A stretch of DNA of 64,000 nt, taken from assembly GCF_964213995.1 (NCBI RefSeq), contig NC_135808.1:34472001-34536000 (forward strand). Reading direction: 5' to 3'. Of the stretch, positions 22,971 to 34,099 are shown piece after piece; the first letter of the stretch is position 1, and each line of letters starts with the position of its first letter. This stretch comes from Mustelus asterias. Taxonomy: Eukaryota. Position numbers and translations under genes: made by a program. The notes under the pieces were generated by a model, which was not told where the DNA came from, ran no database searches, and was given only the letters and a program-made list of their open reading frames with translations.

Positions 22971-23359
22971 GTTGGAGGGTCACAGTTTTTTTTTTTTTTT
23001 TTTAACTGGTCGGTGCAACATCGTGGGCCGAAGGGCCTGTTCTGCGCTGTAATGTTCTATGTTCTATGTTCTATGTTCTACCTGTAAGGACTCGCATTCC
23101 AACCATTATTCTGTAAATTGAGTTTGTGTCTTTATATGCCCTGTTTGTGAACAGAACTCCCACTCACCTGATGAAGGAGCAGCGCTCTGAAAGCATGTGG
23201 CTTGTGCTACCAAATAAACCTGTTGGACTTTAACCTGGTGTTGTGAGACTCCTTATTGTAGGAAGAGCACAGATATGTTTTAATGACCCCAGTGACATCA
23301 TCTCAGTGCCCTTTCCCATTCCAGATGTTTATTAATGACCCCAGTGTCCTGGCCTCAAG

Positions 23360-25355
23360 CGATGATAAAACCAGCACCCTTAATACCCATTCCAGCATTT
23401 AAGGAACCATTTATAAGAGTCTTAATTAAAACAAAAAGTGGGATTCAATATCTATTGAGTATAATTGATGTGTCTACCAGGTTTCCAGAGCCATTCCATT
23501 ATGCAATATTACAGCTAAAACATTATAGAGAAATTACTTAAATGTTTTACTACATATTTTTGTTTGTAATATATATAAATGATTTGGAGGAAAAGGTAAC
23601 TGGATTGATTCGTAAGTTTGCGGACGACACAAAGGTTGGTGGATTTGCGGATAGCGATGAGGACCATCAGAGGATACAGCAGGATATAGATCAGCTGGAG
23701 ACTTGGGCGGAGAGATGGCAGATGGAGTTTAATCCGGACAAACGTGAGGTAATGCATTTTGGAAGGTCTAATACAGATAGGAAATATACAGTAAATGGCA
23801 GAACCCTTAAGAGTATTAATAGGCAAAGGGATCTGGGTACACAGGTCACTGAAATTGGCAACGCAGGTGGAGAAGGTAGTCAAGAACGCATACGGCATGC
23901 TTGCCTTCATCGGCTGGGATATTGAGTTTAAAAATTGGCAAGTCATGTTGCAGCTTTATAGAACATTAGTTAGGCCGCACTTGGAATATAGTGTTCTGTT
24001 CTGGTCGCCACACTACCAGAGGATCTGGAGGCTTTGGAGAGGGTACAGAAAAGATTTACCAGGATGTTGTCTAGTATGGAGGGCATTAGCTATGAGGAGA
24101 GGTTGGAGAAACTTGGCTTGTTCTCACTGGAGCGATGGAGGTTGAGGGGACACCTGATAGAAGTCTACAAGATTATGAGAGGCATGGACAGAGTGGATAG
24201 TCAGAAGCTTTTTCCCAGGGTGGAAGAGTCAATTACTAGGGGGGCATAGGTTTAAGGTGCGAGGGGCAAGGTTTAAAGGAGATGGCCGAGGCAGATTTTG
24301 TACACAGAGAGTAGTGAGTGCCTGGAACTCATTGCCGGGGTAGGTAGTGGAAGTGGATACGGTAGTGACTTTTAAAGGGCATCTTGACAAGTACATGAAT
24401 AGGATGGGAATAGAGGAATATGGTCCCCGGAAGAGAAGGGGGTTTTAGTTAAGTCGGGCAGCATGGCCGGTGCAGGCTTGGAGAGCCGAAGGGCCTGTTC
24501 CTGTGCTGTAATTTTCTTTGTTCTTTGTTCTATATGGACTACCCACAGAAATACAATCAGACCAAGGATCAAATTTTACATCAAAGTTGTTCAAGGAAGT
24601 TATGGATAGTTTAGGAATAAAACAATTTAAATCAACTGCGTACCATCCAGAATCACAGGGAGGGTTAGAGCGGTGACATCAAACTTTAAAGACAATGTTA
24701 TGGGCTCATTGTCAAGGTTATCCAGAGGATTGGGATAAAGGAATTCCATTTGTAATCTTTACAGTTCGGGATGCACCTAATGAGTCAACCAAATTCAGTC
24801 TATTTGAATTAATTTTTGGTCATGAGGTAAGAGGACCATTTAAATGGATTAAGGAGAATTTGGTGAGTGAGCATTCTGAAACTACATTATTGGACTATGT
24901 GTCAAATTTTAGGGAAAGGTTGAATAGAGCAGGTAAATTGGTTAGACAACATTTAAAAGGGGCACAGCATGTGATGAAACAGGAAGTGAATAAGAAATCA
25001 AAAATTCGTAGTTTTGCGAGTGGGGATAAAGTCTTAGTACTGGTACCATTGGTAGGTGAATCTTTAAAAGCAAGGTTTAGTGGGCCTTATCAAATTGAAA
25101 GGAAATTGAGTGAGGTGAATGATTTGATAAGTGTGCCAAACAGAAGGAAAATTCACCGAGTGTGTCATGTGAATATGTTTAAAAGGTATTTTGATTGGGA
25201 AGGAAAGCAGAAGGATTGAAGCTCCCTAGTGGATCATTTGAATCATACCTGAAGTGAAACATCTTATGCTTACCCGTAACAAATTCAAAGTGCAAAACCT
25301 AAGGTCTAGGGCGACTTCATTAAATACCTTGGAGTTTCTGACCTGGATTGTAACA
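23360..25355 (+). mobile_element. Gypsy-type integrase fragment (Gmr1-like) with probable LTR end, interrupted by CR1
   Basis: KPAPLIPIP…IDVSTRFPE, then ORF 24695-25219 (DWDKGIPF…FGHEVRGP…GDKVLV…FSGPYQI). Ends in tgtaaca. Confidence 0.8.
23560..24531 (+). mobile_element. CR1 3' fragment (frameshifted)
   Basis: YINDL…FADDTK, RPHLEY and (TTCTTTG)n tail. Confidence 0.92.
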
Positions 25356-25899
25356 AATGACACCAATGTCCTGGCCTCAGTGCCCTTTCCCATTCCAGAT
25401 GTTTATTAACTATTTATTAAATGGCTCCAGTCTCCTTTCCCATTCCAGATGTTTATTATTGACCCCAGTGTCCTGGCCCCAGTGTCCTTTCCCATTCCAG
25501 ATGTTTATTATTGACCCCAGTGTCCTGGCCCCAGTGCCCTTTCCCATTCCAGATGTTTATTATTGACCCCAGTGTCCTGTCCTCAGTGCCCTTTCCCATT
25601 CCAGATGTGCAGTGGATAGGCCTTGCTGCTGAGCAATTGTGGAGAATGGAAGTTGAATGTAACTGCTGATTATTGCAGATAATGACAGCTGCCAGGTTAG
25701 CAGGCACACACTAGCAGCTCAGTGACCACCTCCCAGTGATGCAGAGCCACTGAACACACTGGTTGGGGGCTCCCTAAGAAGCCTGGGTGGGCCTCCTGGT
25801 GAGAGCCCTCCAGCTCCTCATCCTCTCTATGAGCAGCTTGTCTACTCTGCTGTCTCTTCTCCCTCTCCCTCTGGTTCTGCAGCCTAAGGGGAACTGAAC

Positions 25900-28800
25900 C
25901 CAAGCCCACATCAGAGCGGTGGGAGTTATTCAAAAATGAAATAGAGAGAGTACAGGGCCAACATGGTCCCGTAAAGATAAAGGGTCAGACAAGAGATCCA
26001 GAAAAACCTGGATGTCGAGGATTGGATTGGTAAGGAAAAAAAGAGAGGCTTATGACAAATACAAGAGATTAAAAACATTGGATGCTCGAGAGGAGTATAG
26101 AAAATGCAGGGCAGGGGAGTATTTTAAAAAGAAATTAGGAGAGTAAAGAGACACATGAAAAACCCTGGCAGCAAAACAAAGGAAAATCCCAAGGTGTTTT
26201 ATAAGTATATTAAGGAATAGTGGGTAACCAGGGAAAGAGGAGAGCCCATTAGGGACCAAAATGGCAACTAGTGTGTAAAGGCAAAAGACGTAGGTGAGGT
26301 ATGAATTTTGCATCTCTGTTCGCTATGGAGAAGGATGATATTGGTGTAGAAAGCAGGGAGGTAGGTTGTAATAAATTGAAGAGGTTAACATTGAAAAGGA
26401 AGAGGTGTTAGTGGTTCTAATAGTCTTAAAAATGGATAAATTTCCAGGCCCAGATGAGATGTATCCTAGGCGACTGTGTGAGGCATAGAACATAGAACAG
26501 TACAGCACAGAACAGGCCCTTCGGCCCACGATGTTGTGCCGAGCTTTATCTGAAACCAAGATCAAGCTATCCCACTCCCTATCATCCTGGTGTGCTCCAT
26601 GTGCCTATCCAATAACCGCTTAAATGTTCCTAAAGTGTCTGACTCCACTATCACTGCAGGCAGTCCATTCCACACCCCAACCACTCTCTGCATAAAGAAC
26701 CTACCTCTGATATCCTTCCTATATCTCCCACCATGAACCCTATAGTTATGCCCCCTTGTAATAGCTCCATCCACCCGAGGAAATAGTCTTTGAACGTTGA
26801 CTCTATCTATCCCCTTCATCATTTTATAAACCTCTATTAAGTCTCCCCTCAGCCTCCTCCGCTCCAGCGAGAACAGCCCTAGCTCCCTCAACCTTTCCTC
26901 AAGACCTACCCTCCAAACCAGGCAGCATCCTGGTAAATCTCCTCTGCACTCTTTCCAGCGCTTCCACATCCTTCTTATCGTAAGGTGACCAGAACTGCAC
27001 ACAATATTCCAAATGTGGTCTCACCAAGGTCCTGTACAGTTGCCGCATAACCCCACGGCTCTTAAACTCCAACCCCCTGTTAATAAAAGCTAACACACTA
27101 TAGGCCTTCTTCACAGCTCTATCCACTTGAGTGGCAACCTTTCGAGATCTGTGGATATGGACCCCAAGATCTCTCTGATCCTCCACAGTCTTCAGAACCC
27201 TACCTTTGACCCTGTAATCCACATTTAAATTAGTCCTACCAAAATGAATCACCTCACATTTATCAGGGTTAAACTCCATCTGCCATTTTTCAGCCCAGCT
27301 TTGCATCCTATCTATGTCTCTTTGCAGCCTACAACAGCCCTCCACCTCATCCACTACTCCACCAATCTTGGTGTCATCAGCAAATTTACTGATCCACCCT
27401 TCAGCCCCCTCCTCTAAGTCATTAATAAAAATCACAAAGAGCGCAGGACCAAGCACTGATCCCTGTGGCACTCCGCTAGCAACCTGCCTCCAAACCGAAA
27501 ATTTTCCATCCACCACCACCCTCTGTCTTCGATCAGATAGCCAGTTACCTATCCAATCGGCCAACTTTCCCTCTATCCCACACCTCCTCACTTTCATCAT
27601 AAGCCGATCATGGGGGACCTTATCAAACGCCTTACTAAAATCCATGTATATGACATCAACTGCCCTACCTTCATCAACACACTTAGTTACCTCCTCAAAA
27701 AATTCTATCAAATTTGTGAGGCACGACTTGCCCTTCACGAATCCGTGCTGACTATCCCGGATTAATCCGCATCTTTCTAAATGGTCGTAAATCCCATCCC
27801 TAAGGACCTTTTCCATCAATTTACCAACCACCGAAGTAAGACTAACCGGTCTATAATTACCAGGGTCATTTCTATTCCCTTTCTTAAACAGAGGAACAAC
27901 ATTCGCCACTCTCCAGTCCTCTGGCACATTCCCCGTGGACAGTGAGGACCCAAAGATCAAAGCCAAAGGCTCTGCAATCTCATCCCTTGCCTCCCAAAGA
28001 ATCCTAGGATACATTTCATCAGGCCCAGGGGACTTATCGACCTTCAGTTTATTCAAAACTGCCAGTACATCCTCCCTCCGAACAACGATTTCCTCCAGCC
28101 TATTAGCCTATAACACCTTCTCTTCCTCAAAAACATGGCCCCTCTCCTTGGTGAACACTGAAGAAAAGTATTTATTCATCACCTCGCCTATCTCTACTGA
28201 CTCCATACACAAGTTCCCACTACTGTCCTTGACCGGCCCTAACCTCACCCTGGTCATTCTTTTATTCCTCACATAAGAGTAAAAAGCCTTCGGGTTTTCC
28301 TTGATCCGACCCGCCAAGGACTTCTCGTGTCCCCTCCTAGCTCTCCTAAGTCCCTTTTTCAGCTCATTCCTTGCGAACTTGTAACCCTCAATCGAGCCAT
28401 CTGAACCTTGTTTCCTCATCCCTACATCAGCTTCCCTCTTCCTTTTCACAAGACATTCCACCTCTTTTGTGAACCATGGTTCCCTCACTCGGCCATTTCC
28501 TCCCTGCCTGACAGGGACATACCTATCAAGGACACCCAGTATTTGTTCCTTGAAAAAGTTCCACTTTTCATTAGTGCCTTTCCCTGACAGTTTCTGTTCT
28601 GCCTAATTGAATCATAATTACCTCTCCCCCAATTGTAAACCTTGCCCTGCCGTACGGCCCTATCCCTCTCCATTGCAATAACAAAAGACACCGAATTGTG
28701 GTCACTACCTCCAAAGTGCTCTCCCACAACCAAATCTAACACTTGGCCCGGTTCATTTCCCAGTACCAAATCCAATGTGGCCTCACCTCTTGTCGGCCTA

Positions 28801-30856
28801 TCCACATATTGTGTCAGGAAACCCTCCTGCACACACTGCACAAAAACTGCCCCATCCGAACTATTTGACCTACAAAGGTTCCAATCAATATTTGGAAAGT
28901 TAAAGTCCCCCATGACAACTACCCTGTGACCCCCACACATATCCATAATCTGCTTAGCAATTTCTTCCTCCACATCTCTATTACTATTTGGGGGCCTATA
29001 GTAAACTCCTAACAACGTGACCGCTCCTTTCCTATTTCTAACTTCAGCCCATATTACCTCAGTGTGCAGATCCCCCTCGAAGTGCCTTTCCACAGCCGTT
29101 AGACTATCCTTGATTAACAATGCCACTCCTCCACCTCTTTTACCTGCTTCCCTACACTTACTGAAACATCTATACCCCGGAACGTCCAACAACCATTCCT
29201 GTCCTTGTTCTACCCCACGTCTCCGTAATGGCCACAACATCGTAGTCCCAAGTACCAATCCACGCCCCAAGTTCATCTACTTTGTTCCGGATGCTCCTTG
29301 CATTGAAGTAGACACACTTCAACCCACCTTCCTATCTACCTGTACCCACCCTTGACCTTGATACCTTCCCCAATACCTCGCCACCCTCAACACTGACTTC
29401 TGGACTACAACTCCTTTTCCCACTCCCCTGACAAATTAGTTTAAACCCCCCTGAAGAGCCGTATCAAATTTCCCTCCCAGGATATTGGTGCCCCTCTGGT
29501 TCAGGTGCACCCCGTCCTGTTTGTACAGGTCCCACCTTCCCCAGAATGTGTTCCAATTATCCACGTATCTGAAACCCTCCCTCCTACACCATCCCTGCAA
29601 CCACATGTTTAACTGCACTCTTTCCCTGTTCCTCAACTCGCTATCACGTGGCACCGGTAACGTATCAGAGATGACCACATGTTTTGTCTTGGCTCTCAGC
29701 TTCCAGCCCAGCTCCCGAAATTCCTGTTTTAAATCCCGTCCCTTCTCTTACCTATGTTGTTGGTACCAATGTGTACCACGACTTGTGACTGTTTCCCCTC
29801 CCCCTTCAGAATCCGGAAGACACGGTCCAAGACGTCACGGACCCTGGTATCCGGTAGGCAACATACCATCCTCGAGTCTCTTTTGCTGCCACAGAACCTC
29901 CTATCTATCCCTCTAACTAACGAGTCCCCAATAACTATTGCCCTCCCGCTCTGCCCCTTACCCTCCCGAGCCACAGAGACGGACACAGTGCTGGAGATCC
30001 TCTCATTGCGGCTCACCACTGGTATGTCGTCCCCCTCAACCGTATCCAAAGCCGAATACTTGTTGCTAAGGGGAACGACCACAGGGGATCCCTGCACTGA
30101 CTGCTTCCTCCCAGCCCCTCTCACCGTCACCCATCTATTTTCATTCCTCGGAGTAACTGTATCCCTAAAGTTTCTGTCCATGGTCACCTCCGCGTCCCTA
30201 ATGATCCTAAGTTCATCCAACTCCAGCTCCAGTTCCCTAACACGGTTTTGGAGGAGCTGCAGATGGGTGCACTTCCCACAGATGTAATCAGCAGGGACAC
30301 TGACGTCGTCCCTCACCTCAAACATAGTGCAAGAGGAACATAGCACTGCCTGCACACCCATCCCCTCCAGATACCTTGCCAGTACCAGGTAGAAACAGCA
30401 AAAATGAATTTAAACTCACCCCTGCTCGCCCTTTCTGCCTAAACCCTGTGAGCCAAAGCCCTTACAGCTTTCACTCAGCTTCCCACTCACTCCGGTGCCC
30501 GCTCCCTACGCTGCCCGCTGGATAGAGTGACTTTTATACTAAAAAACACAATCTCCCAGAATCCCCTGCAGCCTACTCCCACTTCCTCAGAGTTTAAACC
30601 CTTGAAAAAAGCCCGCGAAAAAAACGGATTAAATAAATAAATCACAGCACTTTACTCACCCTCAGTACTCCTGCTGAGAATCTCTCCATCTGTCCTGCAC
30701 CACTTCGAATAAATGAGCAAGGGAGGAGATTGCTCTGAAACTAATTTTCAAATCCTGTCCGGCCATAGGAGAGGTGCCAGAGGACTGGAGGACAGTTAAT
30801 GTGGTACCATTGTTCAAGAACGGAATTAGGGAAAAAGCAGGAAATTAAAGACCAGT
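25900..30856 (+). mobile_element. Old CR1 ORF2 fragment (25900-26485 and 30713-30856) split by a younger CR1
   Basis: gataaatttccaggcccagatgagatgtatcctagg… continues as …agggaggagattgc…ccagaggactggagg. Confidence 0.75.
26484..30712 (-). mobile_element. Near-full-length CR1 LINE with frameshifts (inactive)
   Basis: ORF1 pieces 29729-30361 (CSSC…CGKC, IGDS) and 29436-29678 (DGVH); ORF2 pieces 28485-29276, 28108-28488 and 26899-28056 (FADD); (TTCTATG)n tail. Confidence 0.95.
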
Positions 30857-31590
30857 GGGCAGTATTTTCCCAAAATGAGGCTAAATGTCAATTTTGGCCT
30901 GAAAACTAGTGTTAATCCCGCCAGCTCGATCCAAACTGTAATGAAAGATACTTTAAAAAAAGCTATTCCCACATGAAAATAAGCTGCACCAGAGGCACAA
31001 TGTTTCAGAGTCGCCCCCTCCGGGGGTCATCTGAGCAGTTCACTCTCGGGGGTGCTGCATTTAAACAGCTCCAGAGCACTTACTCACAGTCAACCCAAGA
31101 GGATGGAAGCAAGAAAACCAGCTCCAAAGATCACAGAGGGGGCCTCCACACGAATGTTAGATGCTGTGGAGGAGTGAAAGGAAATATCTGCCCTAAGGTG
31201 GGCAGGAGATCCTCCAGTAAGGTCACCAACCCCACATGGGAGACTGTGGCTGCACTGGTGAGTGCCAGCACCTTCCACAAGAGGACAGAGGTTCAATGCC
31301 AGAAGAAAATGAACGATCTTCTCTGTGCTACCAGTTGCTTCTTGTCTTCTGTCACCACCCTCTCTCTCTCAGAAACCCCTCACCATGCCACATGGACCAC
31401 ATGCTGCCACCTTGCTGTGCTCCACCACCTGACCTCCCGCACACTTCCTCATCTCCCCGAGGCTCCTCTCCTCAACATCCATCCTGACTCACACACACAG
31501 CGCCCACACATGCCAGGCATCACTGCCATCTGACCCTGCACACAGCCTACTAACATCATTCCCATCTGTCTCCCTGCAGGATAAACTTGC
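30857..31590 (+). mobile_element. Harbinger-type element end with Myb/SANT-like exon remnant
   Basis: Terminus AGT|gggcagtattttccc. ORF 30973-31533 contains WETVAALVSA…RTEVQCQKKMNDL. Confidence 0.7.
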
Positions 31591-32514
31591 TCATAACCTC
31601 TGTCATTTTTGAGGACTTTCAAGGTAACTCCATCCTGACTTTTGTTATGGTCGGCAGAGGATAAGTGCCAAGCTGTCCAAATCCCAAATGGAAAGTTGGT
31701 ACAAATTAGCCACAATAATTTTGCAATTTGTATATAATGAGGAGGTATCTGAAAGCAAGATAAGTAACTCTCATTAATCAATTGTCATTATTTTATGTAT
31801 TAAAATTAAACATTTATTAAAATAAAGAAAAAAGAAAATAACACTTAAAACGCAAGAATACCTTTACACAGTTCACAGTATTTTTCAAACATTTTCAAAA
31901 AGATCTTGACTTAAATAAACTCAGAGCTAAATCTCCTTTTTGATGGCAACAATTCTCAGATGCATACTCCATAGCACATTCGAGTAACATTACCACACAA
32001 TGCCCCTGTTGCTCTCTGAGTGTGGCAGCAAACTGATATTCACAGGTTTAGCTTCGACATACATTGAGATCTCACAGTCACCACCAACACAGCCCACAAT
32101 GTTTCCTTAAATCTGTTTCCTCCTTTGATCTTATAATCCAGTATTTCTACAATCCTTTCAAAGTTCCTTTTCCCAGAATTGATCAACCTTTTTTAAAAAG
32201 CTTAATGGCTAGTGTATTTATAAAGTGAACTTACCCTATTTACAATCTTCCAATTGTGTATGTTCCTTTTCAACAGCCAAATTCAAACCACCTATTTTAT
32301 TTGCCTTCTATAAATCCCCATTCAAGTTCTCGTGGTTCTCTGTTCATGACCTTTTTAAACCATTTGCCCTCACACCTCCTTTATTGATGTTTGACCTTTG
32401 TAGTCCTTTGTCTCCAATTCAATTAAACCATTCATACTCACACAAGCTTGTTTCTTAGTAAATCACAGTGGTATTGCAAAAAGAAATATTAAGACTCATT
32501 TTCCCTACACTGTG

Positions 32515-32897
32515 TAGCACAGTGCCGCCAGCCCTGGTGGGTCTGTCCTGTTGGTAAGACAACCCATACACAGGGATGGTGATGGTATTTTCTGGGACAT
32601 TATCTGTAAGGTTATGATTATGTCAGGCTGTTGCTAGACTAGTCTGTGAGACAGCTGTCCCAGTTTCAGCACAAGCCCCAGATTTCATAAGGAGGTCTTT
32701 GCAGGGTCGGCAGGTCTTGGATTGCTTTAGTCATTTTTGGTGCTGACGTCGATGCCAGGTGACCCGTCTGGTTTCATTCCTTTTTGTAGATTTTGTAGTG
32801 CTTTAAAACAACTGAGTGGTTTTTCAGAGGGCATTTAAGAATCAAGCACATTGCTATGGGTCTGGAGTCACGTATAGTCCAGGACAGGTAAGGACGA
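32515..32897 (-). mobile_element. 5' fragment of the tRNA-headed LINE family (APE start)
   Basis: Reverse complement is homologous to 62300-62550 (gggagagctgtctcacagactag…). Confidence 0.7.
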
Positions 32898-32899
32898 CC

Positions 32900-33880
32900 G
32901 GTAAGCGAAAAACCGCACCGACCTCCTCAGAAGACAAACACGGGACATGGTGGACAGAGTACCCTTCGTTGTCCAGTACTTCCCCGGAGCGGAGAAGCGA
33001 CGACATCTTCTCCGGAGCCTTCAACATGTCACTGATGAAGACGGACATCTCGCCAAGGCCATCCCCACACCCCCACTTCTTGCCTTCCAGCAACCGCACA
33101 ACCTCAAACAGACCATTGTCCGCAGCAAACTTCCCAGCCTTCAGGAGAATAGTGACCACAACACCACACAACCCTGCCACAGCAACCTCTGCAAGACGTG
33201 CCGGATCATCAACACGGATGCCATCATCTCACGTGAGAACACCATGCACCAGGTACACGGTACATACACTTGCAACTCGGCCAACGTTGTCTACCTGATA
33301 TGCTGCAGGAAAGGATTTCCCGAGGCATGGTACATTGGGGAAACCATGCAGACGCTACGACAACGGATGAATGAACACCGCTCGACAATCACCAGGCAAG
33401 ACTGTTCTCTTCCTGTTGGGGAACACTTCAGCGGTCACGGGCATTCGGCCTCTGATCTTCGGGTAAGCATTCTCCAAGGCAGCCTTCACGACACACGATA
33501 GCGCAGAGTCGCTGAGCAGAAACTGATAGCCAAGTTCCGCACACATGAGGATGGCCTCAACCGGGATCTTGGGTTCATGTCACACTATCTGTAACCCCCA
33601 CGACTTGCCTGGGCTTGCAAAATCTCACTAACTGTCCTGGCTTTAACCTGTGCTTAACCCTCCCTCCACTCACATTGTCTGTACCTTTAAGACTTGATTA
33701 CCTGTAAAGACTCGCATTCCAACCATTATTTTGTAAATTGAGTTTGTGTCTTTATATACCCTGTTTGTGAACAGAACTCCCACTTACCTGACGAAGGAGC
33801 AGCGCTCCGAAAGCGAGTGGTTTGTGCTACCAAATAAACCTGTTGGACTTTAACCTGGTGTTGTGAGACTTCTTACTGTG
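32900..33880 (+). mobile_element. Penelope-like element 3' part: GIY-YIG endonuclease region and pLTR with hammerhead motif
   Basis: ORF 32947-33501 (CKTC…NVVYLICC…WYIGET…RQRMNEH) ends at a premature TAG compared with the 18596 copy. CTGACGA…GAAA at 33788-33812. Confidence 0.92.
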
Positions 33881-34099
33881 GGGCCGATTTTACCAAATCG
33901 GGACTAAGTGCCGGGTGCAGCCGGAAATCAGACCCACGCCCGGCAGCCGCGCTCCAGCGCCCCCATATGCTTTTTTTGGCGTGGGTCTAGTGGGCGGGGC
34001 CTAGCGCATTTGCATCTGTCGGAGCGCCGACAGCACAGCGCGCACGGGCGCGAAAGTCAAAGGTAGCGCTGACAGCAGTGGGGATGAAAGGAATCCCCT

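Larger units (their letters stand above)
18973..23080 (+). mobile_element. Full-length, apparently intact CR1 LINE
   Basis: 5'UTR, ORF1, ORF2, 3'UTR and (ATGTTCT)n tail. TACCT is duplicated at 18968-18972 and 23079-23083. Confidence 0.95.
18238..23254. mobile_element. Penelope-like element with inverted arms, interrupted by a full-length CR1
   Basis: Minus arm 18238-18565. Plus arm has the GIY-YIG C-terminus (WYIGETMQTLRQRMNEH) at 18570-18972 and resumes at 23079. 13-bp TSD ATTGTAGGAAGAG (18225-18237, 23255-23267). Confidence 0.9.
23283..25607. repeat. 52-bp tandem repeat split into two blocks (23283-23359, 25355-25607)
   Basis: Unit tgaccccagtgtcctggccccagtgccctttcccattccagatgtttattat, with starts at 25461, 25513 and 25565. 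Confidence 0.85.

Noticed and set aside
25355-25607. Regular repeats (also 4026-4185, 18974-19116, 52938-53300) as a CRISPR-like array
   Set aside because: The units are head-to-tail with no unique spacers, the context is eukaryotic and there are no cas genes.
31780-32510. Possible decayed L1-clade 3' end on the minus strand
   Set aside because: It is only a compositional impression, with no motif clear enough to support a call.
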